64,000 bases of DNA from a bacterium (GCA_030652805.1 JAUSPT010000032.1:109992-173991), one strand, 5' to 3'; counted from the first letter of the stretch, positions 36,920 through 46,250 are shown. The notes: generated by a model from the letters alone, not told the origin. Numbers and translations: made by a program.

Positions 36920-37750
36920 TCAGAATTGTTCAATAGTTTTAACTCCGCCCTTAATTACTTCCACCTTGATTCTGTCCTGACGCTGGATAGTAAGTTTTTT
37001 AACCTGCTCCAGCTGCAAAATAGAACTCATTGTAATTTTCGGCATGTCTGGTATCACCTCTAAGTCTTCCGGATTGCGCAGAACAAGTGTTATTTTCCCT
37101 CTTGCTTGAGCAAAGATAATCATTTCCGCCTCCTGGAGCGTTAAAGAGAGAGTTACAGTATTATATCCTCTCCTTAGCATTGCTGCTGTAGAGTGCGTTT
37201 CCTCTACATCCACTCTTTTGCGTCCTACTTCCTGCCCTACAGCCAGAACAGTTACATTCTGAAGAAGAGTGAGAGTTGTTATCCCTGCTGCTTTTTCTCC
37301 TTCCACTGTAAAATTTGCAGCAAGATCTACATGATCATTCGGCTGGATATGTCCACCTACCCCTGTTACTTCATCTACAGAAATGGTTACTGCTCTCTCT
37401 TTCTGCCTTATGAGCGGAGATAATCCTTCCATCTTCTCCATCCCAAGACAGAGCCATGTTAACTGCTGACCTTTTTTTAGTAAAAACAACGTCTTCTGAC
37501 CTTGTATTATCTCAATATCATCAGGGTTTAATGCATTGGGATCTTTAAACTTACGAGGCACCTGCGAAATTTCTACCATTCCCTTAGAAATTTTCTCTTT
37601 TGCCTTTATATCCTTTGCTGCTACAAGAACGCTTACCAGCTCCTTTCCCTTAAAAATTGGTCTTGTAACACCTTGAATATAAAAATGCACCATGACTATC
37701 GCTAAAAGACCTAATACAACTCCCATTATTAATGAAGCTTTATTCTGCAT
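36920..37750 (-). CDS. cpaB: Flp pilus assembly protein CpaB/RcpC (SAF domain)
   Basis: N-terminal TM, then VLVAAKDIKAKEKISKGMVE (SAF). The C-terminal TLSLTLQEAEMIIFAQARGKITLVLR is typical of CpaB. Confidence 0.88.
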   Translation of the reverse strand: MQNKASLIMGVVLGLLAIVMVHFYIQGVTRPIFKGKELVSVLVAAKDIKAKEKISKGMVEISQVPRKFKDPNALNPDDIEIIQGQKTLFLLKKGQQLTWLCLGMEKMEGLSPLIRQKERAVTISVDEVTGVGGHIQPNDHVDLAANFTVEGEKAAGITTLTLLQNVTVLAVGQEVGRKRVDVEETHSTAAMLRRGYNTVTLSLTLQEAEMIIFAQARGKITLVLRNPEDLEVIPDMPKITMSSILQLEQVKKLTIQRQDRIKVEVIKGGVKTIEQF

Positions 37751-37768
37751 ATCTACCTCCCTTTTTTA

Positions 37769-38527
37769 TTAACTTATTTTAATTATTGTAGCATAGTTAT
37801 TCGTTTTGTCATTATTTTCATCTGGAAAAACAATCAAACATTTTCCATCCTTTTTCTGAGCGCTGAGTAAATCGCCACTATCATCCAGCTTCCACCCATT
37901 CATTTTTAATCGGCTCTGATAAAAGAACTTCTGTGTGGTTGAGGAAGCAAGGCTTTTATACATTAGCACTTTATAATTTACGCCTCCAACTCCAAGCTCA
38001 AAGCTGAGCGCCTCAGAATTTAGCGGGTAGATAGGTATATCCTTGATAAAATCCTCCTCAACATTTGATTCTCTCCATTCCTCAAAACTTAAACAAAAAA
38101 TATGGCTTCCCGAGAGGTTGGTATCCCTCATAGGCAAGACAGCTATGCCAAGACTTGGCGATTTCAATTTTTTAGCCATAATAAACTCACTGCCGCCTAT
38201 ATTCTTCCTGCAATGAAGACCAAAATTTCTCGTTTTCAGGTCATTTGAAAATTGTTTTATTAGTGTTTGAGCGGATAATGGGGAATGGTATATGCCAATT
38301 AAAGCGGGCTTAGAGTTAATCTTCACACGATAAGACTTGCCTGCCATATCTCTCATCATATCCGGAAGATTGAAACGTTTTTGGTTAATCTTATCCTGCA
38401 GTTCATAAATAAGCCCATAAACCTTATCTTGTCGACCGCCCTTTATTAAACCGTAACAACTCAAAGCAATAGTCAAAATAGCTATTAGAAGAACCTTCCC
38501 TGTGATTTTTGTTACTTGCCTTATCAT
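37769..38527 (-). CDS. Hypothetical membrane-anchored protein inside the Tad operon
   Basis: 252 aa, N-terminal TM (VLLIAILTIALSCYGL), no recognisable motif. Abuts the TadG-like gene with no intergenic gap. Confidence 0.55.
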   Translation of the reverse strand: MIRQVTKITGKVLLIAILTIALSCYGLIKGGRQDKVYGLIYELQDKINQKRFNLPDMMRDMAGKSYRVKINSKPALIGIYHSPLSAQTLIKQFSNDLKTRNFGLHCRKNIGGSEFIMAKKLKSPSLGIAVLPMRDTNLSGSHIFCLSFEEWRESNVEEDFIKDIPIYPLNSEALSFELGVGGVNYKVLMYKSLASSTTQKFFYQSRLKMNGWKLDDSGDLLSAQKKDGKCLIVFPDENNDKTNNYATIIKIS

Positions 38528-39463
38528 TTAGTGCACCATTAGTATCCTATCAAAACCTGTTTTGTCAAATTTTGCCTTGTAGTTTGGATCGGGAAGTATA
38601 TTGAATTTAACTTTGCTTCCGATATGCCCTTTTGTTTTATCTTTATCCTCCTTCCATAAGCTTTCTATCCATGAGAAAATAAGATCAGCACCTTTAGTAA
38701 CTTTAGGAATTTCTCCTCCAAGACTTCCTCCATATGGAACAGCCTTGGCTGTTGTATAAATAGATGGTATATTAATACCCAGAAGAGAGCCGCCTATCAG
38801 GACTGGTTGAGAACCCTTGTAAGCAAGAGAAAAGGTATAGACATCTTCTCCGCCTGTCATAAATCCCAACCAGCCACTGGCGCAAAGAAAATACTTAGCC
38901 CTGTCTACATTTAACCAGCATGGAATTAACGAGGTGAGAGAGCTCCAGCCAAAATTCCCTCCTTTTATATCATCGTAAAAGCTTTTACCGTCATCATAAA
39001 TTCCTTTTACGTCCTCTATACTGCTCATATTTACAAGACGCTCTGCCAAAGCAGTCGGCAGGGGAACAGCTGCATCAGCCTTATTAGCTCTGCCATATGT
39101 AAACACCTGAGTAATAGCAATAACAGGAACAGCATACTTCATAACATCCTGAATGGTTTGGACAATATTAGTAATAGTAAAATTCACATCTCCAGTGAAC
39201 CAGAGTTTAATGAGGTCAATAATAAATGCAGGAACCCATAGAATATTGAGCATTGCTATTACATTAAGTCCCCTTGCCTGCCATACTGCGCCTGCCATAG
39301 CAGCAGAATCAGTTGCATTCTGCATTCTGATGCGCCAGCTTACAAGCTGTCCCACGTCCACAACCAGCATTATGAACATAACCAGCACCAGAAGCATCAG
39401 CGCTGCAAAAACGGCAGCCTGCCCGCCGTTATCTTTTCTGAGCTTATGAATTTGAATAAACAT
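38528..39463 (-). CDS. TadG-like pseudopilin/anchor protein (Tad N-terminal domain)
   Basis: GGQAAVFAALMLLVLVMFIMLVVDVGQLVSWRIRMQNATDSAAMAGA. I place the start at 39463 (TAATG overlap with the upstream stop). The track ORF extends to 39505. Confidence 0.75.
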   Translation of the reverse strand: MFIQIHKLRKDNGGQAAVFAALMLLVLVMFIMLVVDVGQLVSWRIRMQNATDSAAMAGAVWQARGLNVIAMLNILWVPAFIIDLIKLWFTGDVNFTITNIVQTIQDVMKYAVPVIAITQVFTYGRANKADAAVPLPTALAERLVNMSSIEDVKGIYDDGKSFYDDIKGGNFGWSSLTSLIPCWLNVDRAKYFLCASGWLGFMTGGEDVYTFSLAYKGSQPVLIGGSLLGINIPSIYTTAKAVPYGGSLGGEIPKVTKGADLIFSWIESLWKEDKDKTKGHIGSKVKFNILPDPNYKAKFDKTGFDRILMVH

Positions 39464-39951
39464 TATAAGAGACTCGCTATTTCCCCTAACTGTTGTTTTA
39501 TCCACTTGATTATTTCATCCTTGGAGAAGCAGAACCCTAGAAAACGGCAGCTCCCCTTCACTGTAGTTCCTCCACCAAATATGGCTGATAAATAAGGTCC
39601 TGCTGGCACAGTATATGTTACATCCATCTTCGCGCTTCCTTTCGCCATCACATACGAGAGAAAACTTGCAAGGTAATTAGTTCCCGGGATAAAACTCATA
39701 TCCGGGAGCCCTGCTTCTCTTAACAAATCAAAGCTGGTATTGACATTTCCATGACCAAAGAATACAGCACCGGCTCCTCCGCCATCTCTCGTTTCCTTTA
39801 GAGCTCCTTCTCTGGCTGCTATGTAAACCTTTGATTGAGCCACCATAACCTTTCCAAAGTGAACAACAATCATCATAATGAGTATAAAAATCGGCAGGAC
39901 AATTGCTGCTTCTACTGCTGCCTGACCACTGTTAGATCTAATTAGCTTCAT
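39463..39951 (-). CDS. TadE/TadF-like minor pilin
   Basis: MKLIRSNSGQAAVEAAIVLPIFILIMMIVV (TadE N-terminal motif). The start at 39951 is 1 nt after the upstream stop. The track ORF extends to 39966. Confidence 0.78.
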   Translation of the reverse strand: MKLIRSNSGQAAVEAAIVLPIFILIMMIVVHFGKVMVAQSKVYIAAREGALKETRDGGGAGAVFFGHGNVNTSFDLLREAGLPDMSFIPGTNYLASFLSYVMAKGSAKMDVTYTVPAGPYLSAIFGGGTTVKGSCRFLGFCFSKDEIIKWIKQQLGEIASLL

Positions 39952-39952
39952 T

Positions 39953-40456
39953 CTAGTCCTCCACATTTATATTACAGCTTTGAGTAACTGGAAGATAATA
40001 TCTATCGCCATCCTGAATCCCAATTATTCTGCCAACCATGGGCATATTCAGTTTAAACTTGTATTTGACAGTAGTGGTATTACCCGATTGGCTAACTGTA
40101 GTATTAGATTGAGCATAAGAATACTGCTTAATTATTGTTGCTAGGTTCTGTGCCCAATCAGGAATGGGAATTTTTTCAAGAATTTCAGAAATTGCCGAAT
40201 CTAGAACCCCTCCCGAAGATTGACTGGAAATAGGTATCAGCGCAATGCTGGCAGCAAGTTTTGCTTTGTCCGCATCCTGATGCACAGAATATGAACGAGC
40301 TGCTGAAAAGGCAGCATAATTAGTTACTATATTGGCAGTTGCTATCAAAGCAAGCTGCATAATAGCCATGGCAAAGAGAATTAAAACAGGCATAACAATG
40401 ACAAATTCAACCATTGACTGGCCTCTGTTATTTATTCGCCTAAAGCATTTCTTCAT
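39953..40456 (-). CDS. TadE/TadF-like minor pilin
   Basis: NRGQSMVEFVIVMPVLILFAMAIMQLAL. Confidence 0.78.
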   Translation of the reverse strand: MKKCFRRINNRGQSMVEFVIVMPVLILFAMAIMQLALIATANIVTNYAAFSAARSYSVHQDADKAKLAASIALIPISSQSSGGVLDSAISEILEKIPIPDWAQNLATIIKQYSYAQSNTTVSQSGNTTTVKYKFKLNMPMVGRIIGIQDGDRYYLPVTQSCNINVED

Positions 40457-40956
40457 CTAAAAATCCATGCAATAAAGGTTCCAACACTCAGAGCCGCTCC
40501 ATAAGGAATCCTTTCACTGTTAGACAGCTTTAAAGCTTCCGTTTTTAACCCGGGCATAATAAAACTCAAAATAAGACGAAAAATATTTTTTAGCCCTCTC
40601 CAGAATGTCCCTTTCCATATCATTACCGCTATTGCCAGTATTCCGCCTGTCAGGATTCCATAAAAACAAGCATTCAAGATAAATGGATACCCTCCAACAG
40701 CTCCAACAGCAGCCATTAATTTAACGTCTCCTCCTCCTACTCCGCCAAAGACAAATACTATGGCAAAAACACAAAACCCAATAGCGAGCCCCAGCATACT
40801 GTTAACCAACCCGCCAACGCCATGATTCCAAACGTTAAGCAACAGCCCTACCGCCACAGCAGGAAAGGTTACACAATTGTATATCTTGTGTGTAATCAAG
40901 TCTGTAACCGCTGATACCAGCAAAAGCAATATTAGTAATATGTCTGAAAATGCCAT
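40453..40956 (-). CDS. cpaA: Prepilin peptidase CpaA/TadV (A24 family, no methyltransferase domain)
   Basis: 167 aa, polytopic. Two Asp contexts (SAVTDLITHKIYN and GVGGGDVKLMAAVG). Confidence 0.88.
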   Translation of the reverse strand: MAFSDILLILLLLVSAVTDLITHKIYNCVTFPAVAVGLLLNVWNHGVGGLVNSMLGLAIGFCVFAIVFVFGGVGGGDVKLMAAVGAVGGYPFILNACFYGILTGGILAIAVMIWKGTFWRGLKNIFRLILSFIMPGLKTEALKLSNSERIPYGAALSVGTFIAWIFR

Positions 40957-40964
40957 AAAGTTAA

Positions 40965-41165
40965 TTATTGCGCTGATTCTAAATCATCAGCTGCTTTTTC
41001 AACTTTTGCTGATAACTTGTCTCTAAAATACTGGAACGCAACTATAGCAGCAATGGCTATTAACACCACTATCAGAATATATTCTGTCATGCCCTGCCCT
41101 TCTTCTCCGAATATAATCCCTTTCATTAAGTTTTTAAGCTTCTTCATTTTGTCACCCCCTTTCAT
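40965..41165 (-). CDS. flp: Flp/Fap-family pilin 1
   Basis: EEG/QGMTEYILIVVLIAIAAIVAF carries the Flp processing motif G/xxxxEY. The real start is probably the internal MKKLKNL. Confidence 0.85.
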   Translation of the reverse strand: MKGGDKMKKLKNLMKGIIFGEEGQGMTEYILIVVLIAIAAIVAFQYFRDKLSAKVEKAADDLESAQ

Positions 41166-41169
41166 TCAT

Positions 41170-41349
41170 TTATGGAATAGGTAAACTAATAAGACTTGCG
41201 ATTCTATTGTAATAAGTTTTTAGCGCCTTACGAAACATCTCAAAACAACCTGCCAGACAAAGAACAGCTATTACTGTTACAAGAACATACTCTGTCATCG
41301 CTTGCCCTTTTTCGTCCAGCAACAAGTTTTTTAAACTCTGTACAAACAT
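41170..41349 (-). CDS. flp: Flp/Fap-family pilin 2 (59 aa, below the ORF-track length cut-off)
   Basis: Own translation: MFVQSLKNLLLDEKGQAMTEYVLVTVIAVLCLAGCFEMFRKALKTYYNRIASLISLPIP. It has the same G/Q[GA]MTEY motif as pilin 1. ATG at 41349 and stop at 41170-41172. Confidence 0.8.
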   Translation of the reverse strand: MFVQSLKNLLLDEKGQAMTEYVLVTVIAVLCLAGCFEMFRKALKTYYNRIASLISLPIP

Positions 41350-41355
41350 TAATTG

Positions 41356-42147
41356 CTACCTATAAGCTTCTACCAAAACAACTGTAATGTTATCAACTCC
41401 TCCAGCTTTATTAGCATAGTCTATCATTTCTTCTGCTGCTTTTGAAAGGTTATCTATATGTTTTTTTATAATATCCTCCATTGTCTTTCTTTCCAGCATA
41501 CCGCTCAGCCCATCGGAACATATGAGAAAAATATCTACAGGAACAATATCCTCTTCCTGTAGATCAACCTTGACCTCTTTCTCACTACCCAGAGCCCGTG
41601 TAATAACATTCTTCCAGCGATGCTGTTTGGCTTCCTCTTTCGTTATTACATTCTCTTTAAGTTGCTCATTAACCCATGAATGATCCTCTGTAATCTGCTT
41701 CAGCCTTCCATTTCTCATTAAATACACCCTGCTGTCGCCTACATGCACAACATACCCTTTCGCCTCAGCAATGGATAACCCTGCTATAGTTGTTCCCATT
41801 CCTTTAAGTTCAGGGTTAGAAAATGACATCTCATATATTTTCTTATTAGCAATTCGTACTGCGGTAAGGAGCTTATTAGCCTCAGGCGCTAGTTCTGGGT
41901 TCATCTCAAATGGCCAGGTAATATCATTGTCTTTGGCTGTGCGTTCAATAAAGGCCTTTATTAATTCGATAGATTTGCGACTTGCTACATCACCTGCTGC
42001 ATGCCCACCCATGCCATCAGCTACAAGATAAAGCTTCAGATCATCACTGACCAGAAAGCTATCTTCATTTAGCTTGCGCACTCTGCCTAAATCTGATAAG
42101 CCGTATGCTCTGAACTTCATCTCTAATTTTACTCCTGTAACTGCCAT
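41356..42147 (-). CDS. PP2C-family Ser/Thr phosphatase
   Basis: GRVRKLNEDSF, VADGMGGHAAG, GTT, LICSDGL, GGVDNITVVLV. Confidence 0.92.
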   Translation of the reverse strand: MAVTGVKLEMKFRAYGLSDLGRVRKLNEDSFLVSDDLKLYLVADGMGGHAAGDVASRKSIELIKAFIERTAKDNDITWPFEMNPELAPEANKLLTAVRIANKKIYEMSFSNPELKGMGTTIAGLSIAEAKGYVVHVGDSRVYLMRNGRLKQITEDHSWVNEQLKENVITKEEAKQHRWKNVITRALGSEKEVKVDLQEEDIVPVDIFLICSDGLSGMLERKTMEDIIKKHIDNLSKAAEEMIDYANKAGGVDNITVVLVEAYR

Positions 42148-42198
42148 ACTGGTTAATTCTAATACTTTTTCTATGCCTTTGTCAATTTTTTATACCAC

Positions 42199-43629
42199 CT
42201 AGCGCTTGAGCTTTCCGTTTGCTGTTTTGTCTAATCGGGCTACACATAGAAATTCTTTTGGAACCTTATATGAAGCTAATCTCTGATAGCAAAATTTGCG
42301 CACACTATTGATATCAAAATCTGTTTTTGCTTTATTTTGCAGAACGATCATTGCACAGGGAAGCTGCCCATACTGAGGATGGGTAATGCCATACACAAGA
42401 GACTCCTTGATGTCAGGATGCTGATTGAGAACTGATTCCACTTCATAGGGAAAGACTTTCATGCCGGCAAAATTAATGATATGTTTTTCTCTGCCAACAA
42501 GAAACAGAAAGCCTTCTTTATCAAGTCTAGCTAGATCCCCTGTCTTAAACCAGCCGTTATGCAATACCTGCTTTTTACTTTGCCATGGAGAAAAGTATGC
42601 ATCAAACATTCCTTTTCCTTTAAGATAAACTTCACCAATCCCCTTAGCATCAGCATTTACTATTTTCACTTCGTAATCTGGTAGAATTCTGCCTACTGAC
42701 TCTTGCTTCGTTTTATCCTCAGAACAATTGAGAAACGGCAGGCCCACTTCAATAATTCCATACGCTTCAGTCAGTTGAAAACCAAACTTTTTATGAAAAT
42801 CATTTGCTATATCAACAGGCAGCTTTACTGCTGTACACACAGCCATACGGATACGACTTAACATATGGGAAGAAAGCATATCCGATTTTGTCAGCATATG
42901 ATAATGGAAAGGTGAAGCGTATATAAATGTTCCTCTGTGGGTTTTCAATTTCTCAAGCAGTAATTCAGGGAATGCGCGGCTGCAGAGAATAATTGTTGCC
43001 CCACGCCGCAGGAAAAGCAGAATCGTTACTACAAAATGAAAACTCATGGAAAGAACCCATATCACTATATCATTTGAAGTGATATTTAACCCTTTATCTG
43101 CAGCATTGGTTCTTTGAATAATGGCTTCATGGGAAATTACTACTCCTTTGCTTACCCCGGTTGTGCCTGATGAAAACCGGATAAAAGCAGGATTTAATGT
43201 ATAATAATCCGCTGGAACCTGTTTCTTCGCTGCGCGTTGATATAGAAAAAACTTTCTTTCACACACACAATCAGAAAAAATTCGAAGGCTGCCATGTTTG
43301 ATACACCTTTCTTTATTAGAGAGCAAAGCATTCACATCAATTTTTTCCAGTATATCATCAACTTCATACATGGATAACGACGTAGATACTGGAACAATAA
43401 CTGCAGGTAAAGACAGTACAGCCAGACTAATAATAATATAATCAATACTATCTTCACATAGTAATGCTACACGTTGAGCTGGCTGAACTCCATATGACTT
43501 TAATTCATCTGTAAGTTTCTCTACAGAAGCAAACAACTCGCCATAAGAAACCTGTTTATTCCCGTCAATGACAGCAATTTTCTTCTGAAGCTTTTTTGTT
43601 TCGCTCTTTATTACATCTACAATATTCAT
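42199..43629 (-). CDS. Acyl-AMP/acyl-CoA ligase (ANL adenylating enzyme)
   Basis: FSSGTTGVSKGV (A3), YGIIE (A5), GWFKTGDLA (A7), GREKHIINFAGMKV (A8), and a C-terminal GKLKR lysine. Confidence 0.88.
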   Translation of the reverse strand: MNIVDVIKSETKKLQKKIAVIDGNKQVSYGELFASVEKLTDELKSYGVQPAQRVALLCEDSIDYIIISLAVLSLPAVIVPVSTSLSMYEVDDILEKIDVNALLSNKERCIKHGSLRIFSDCVCERKFFLYQRAAKKQVPADYYTLNPAFIRFSSGTTGVSKGVVISHEAIIQRTNAADKGLNITSNDIVIWVLSMSFHFVVTILLFLRRGATIILCSRAFPELLLEKLKTHRGTFIYASPFHYHMLTKSDMLSSHMLSRIRMAVCTAVKLPVDIANDFHKKFGFQLTEAYGIIEVGLPFLNCSEDKTKQESVGRILPDYEVKIVNADAKGIGEVYLKGKGMFDAYFSPWQSKKQVLHNGWFKTGDLARLDKEGFLFLVGREKHIINFAGMKVFPYEVESVLNQHPDIKESLVYGITHPQYGQLPCAMIVLQNKAKTDFDINSVRKFCYQRLASYKVPKEFLCVARLDKTANGKLKR

Positions 43630-44927
43630 AAGTCATCATCCCATATCTGCAATGGGGTGTCTTCTGTTCCCTCTGGGACAACAGGTGTTTCAGGATCGCT
43701 GCCGTCAAGATAGACGCCTTGTTGAATAAGCGATTTTCTCACTGCGGCAACAGCAATATGCCTAGGTTGGATGCTTTGTCGTGCCGCCAGTGATGCTGCG
43801 ACACCGGCAGCCTGCCCCGTGGCAAAGCATGGTACTATAAGACGCAAGGAGTTGTCGGCAAGATAGTCAGACGAAATACAACGTCCAGCAACAAGCAATC
43901 CGTCAACGTTCTTCGGAACAAGACATCGAAAAGGAATGTCATAGTTCAACCTTGGCGGATCGTAGAGTTTGTAGCCGAGAAGATACGAGCCCAATCGCGC
44001 AATTGAGTCTTCAAAATGTCGGCTTGATCTGAGGTCATCATCGGTCAGAGTGTATTCCCCTCGGATACGACGGCTCTGCCGTACCCCAAACTGCGGCAGT
44101 GTCTCTTTGATGCGCGCATTCTCCCAACCGGGCATATGAGTGCGCAGATAGTATAAGGAGCGAAAATAATCGCGGCGCATTTGTGTCTCTGCCTTACTAA
44201 CTTCCTCAGCATCTGTCACATCAACCCCTTGTAGATACCGATGACGGTCCAGCATGACACCTCCGTTCAGCCTGCTAGCTTCTGCCACAACTTTCAGGAA
44301 GTGTTCAGGGGACTTCTTCTTAAACACCGCAACTTTTGCGCAGTCTATGCCATCAACTGTTACGCCCAGCGTCACATCGTGAGTATCACTGTCACACTTG
44401 CATCCTGCGCGAAACGCAACATCTGCGTCAGCAGTGCAGTCTATTACAACCTTGGCAAGAATGGCCCTGCGGCCGCTCTTACTCTCGGTGAAGAAACCGC
44501 GAACGTATGCACCATCAGTGATTGGATCACACACCAACGTGTGCAGGAGCAACTCTGCTCCTGCTTCTTCCAGCATTTCTGCAGCCTGCCACTTAAAAAC
44601 CTCTGGGTCAACCGCGTAATCGCCACAGCGATTTGGACCTTGAATTGCGTCAAACGTCTCCATTCGCTTCCTGATATCCAAAGCAATACCGCCAGCTTTG
44701 GGACGAACTCCATCCCCCATACCAAACACCCAGAGAACGTGAGCGCCTGTAATCATCCCTCCAAGATATCCATATCGTTCAACGACGAGCGTTTTCGCTC
44801 CTTCACGCGCGGCAGCAATACCGGCAGCAATACCGGCAGGACCGCCTCCAGCAACAAGCACGTCAACTGTCCTCTCAACTGGAATGCGCTGTTGTGGTTC
44901 AACTTCAATATCGTTATTGTGCATCAT
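43626..44927 (-). CDS. FAD-dependent oxidoreductase (GG-motif FAD_oxidored type), compositionally foreign
   Basis: VDVLVAGGGPAGIAAGIAAAREGAKTLVVERYGYLGGM. GC is clearly higher than in the neighbours. Overlaps both neighbours by 4 nt. Confidence 0.82.
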   Translation of the reverse strand: MMHNNDIEVEPQQRIPVERTVDVLVAGGGPAGIAAGIAAAREGAKTLVVERYGYLGGMITGAHVLWVFGMGDGVRPKAGGIALDIRKRMETFDAIQGPNRCGDYAVDPEVFKWQAAEMLEEAGAELLLHTLVCDPITDGAYVRGFFTESKSGRRAILAKVVIDCTADADVAFRAGCKCDSDTHDVTLGVTVDGIDCAKVAVFKKKSPEHFLKVVAEASRLNGGVMLDRHRYLQGVDVTDAEEVSKAETQMRRDYFRSLYYLRTHMPGWENARIKETLPQFGVRQSRRIRGEYTLTDDDLRSSRHFEDSIARLGSYLLGYKLYDPPRLNYDIPFRCLVPKNVDGLLVAGRCISSDYLADNSLRLIVPCFATGQAAGVAASLAARQSIQPRHIAVAAVRKSLIQQGVYLDGSDPETPVVPEGTEDTPLQIWDDDL

Positions 44928-46249
44928 AGATTCTGTTCCTCCTCTTTTGCCTCTCCTTCTAAGAGAGTGTGAGTTAATACTCCTAGTCCAGAACGCAAAG
45001 TGTGTATAATTGAATCTATCTCATCCTTTTCCAACATCTCATCTAAATAGGAAAAGACCACATTTAGCTTGCCCTGAAACTGGTTGAAGAATATTCCAAG
45101 CCCCGGAGGAATTGGAACTCTGGGCATATGGAAAATATTATGGATTTTTTTTCCCATAAACATCGGAGAATCGTATGCAGATTCGCCAATATAGGAAAAA
45201 CAAAAAGAAGCAATCTGCCCTTTTAACGGCATCCGCATTAGATAACTTAAAACAGGTAAAGGTGCAATTCGCATCAAAAGACTTGCTTTCTCAATATCCG
45301 CAGGTAAGTCTGCCTTTATCTGATCGTAGATCTGCTGTTTAATTGATTGCAAAAGAACAGAAAAACTATCAGCCTCATTTGCTTTCACTCGAAGCAGGAA
45401 AAAGGACATATGATTAAAGAAAATCTCTTGATGTACCTTTTCTACTGGACGCGTATCAATAGACACAGGAATTATATAATCACCTGTGAGTATACCCCTT
45501 TTGAGAAAAATGCTGTGCAAAGCCTCCATGGAAATTGCCAATGCATACGGCATAAGCATTAAATAACCTGCTTTATTATATGCAGTTTCGATAATTGCAG
45601 ATGTCTGGCGTTTATCAAGCGAGATTATCTTAAATTTAAATCCCTGATTGTTAACCACTGAATGTAAAGGCAAAAAGCGGGATTTATTCTCTGACAATTG
45701 TACCAGCTTCCTATTTACACGCTTACCTGCTTCAAATTTTTCCTGCCACTTACATAGATGAGCTGGTTCTGTAAGAGAAATCCTCTGGGAATAATCCATA
45801 TTCAAGAATGCTTCAGCTCCTCTGACGTCAAACAAACAATGGTCAAACACTACCCCTAGAAAACTTGTTTCTCCCGTATGGACAAGATGAAATGCAAGAT
45901 GCTCCTTAATACTGTTAAAGGGCATGTTTACTCCTTGCTCCAGTGTAAAGAGCACTTTGCTAAATGTTGCATTATCATCAAGGCGGTAAGTCCTGATGTT
46001 CGGAGAGAGCATTTTATTATTGGAATAAATCTTCCAGTATGGAGCAAGGTTGTAATTCCGCATCGGTCTGCCATTTACAACCGGAAATTTTTTAATGAAT
46101 TTGTTCAGGCATTCCCGAAGTGTTGTCTCATCAAGCGTGCCTTTCAGTTGAAGAACAACCTGAAACATGTTCCCAACGCCAGTTTCCTTTTTGTTAATAT
46201 GGTTAATTGTATGAATGATCCAGTCAACACCAGTTAAATAGCGTTTCAT
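44924..46249 (-). CDS. Condensation/acyltransferase-like protein (HxxxD superfamily)
   Basis: 441 aa. VVFDHCLFDVRGAEAF holds an HxxxD motif in the position expected for C-domain or WS/DGAT-type acyltransferases. Sits between the ACP and FAD-enzyme genes. Confidence 0.5.
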   Translation of the reverse strand: MKRYLTGVDWIIHTINHINKKETGVGNMFQVVLQLKGTLDETTLRECLNKFIKKFPVVNGRPMRNYNLAPYWKIYSNNKMLSPNIRTYRLDDNATFSKVLFTLEQGVNMPFNSIKEHLAFHLVHTGETSFLGVVFDHCLFDVRGAEAFLNMDYSQRISLTEPAHLCKWQEKFEAGKRVNRKLVQLSENKSRFLPLHSVVNNQGFKFKIISLDKRQTSAIIETAYNKAGYLMLMPYALAISMEALHSIFLKRGILTGDYIIPVSIDTRPVEKVHQEIFFNHMSFFLLRVKANEADSFSVLLQSIKQQIYDQIKADLPADIEKASLLMRIAPLPVLSYLMRMPLKGQIASFCFSYIGESAYDSPMFMGKKIHNIFHMPRVPIPPGLGIFFNQFQGKLNVVFSYLDEMLEKDEIDSIIHTLRSGLGVLTHTLLEGEAKEEEQNL

Positions 46250-46250
46250 T

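Noticed and set aside
41196-41387. 63-aa + strand ORF between the flp and PP2C genes
   Set aside because: It is the antisense shadow of the unannotated second Flp pilin gene and of the PP2C 3' end. The minus strand carries the recognisable G/QAMTEY pilin motif.
44241-44972. 243-aa + strand ORF (plus 73-aa and 93-aa ORFs) overlapping the FAD oxidoreductase gene
   Set aside because: These are shadow ORFs caused by the locally high GC. The minus-strand product has a clear Rossmann FAD motif, and the + strand products are low-complexity.
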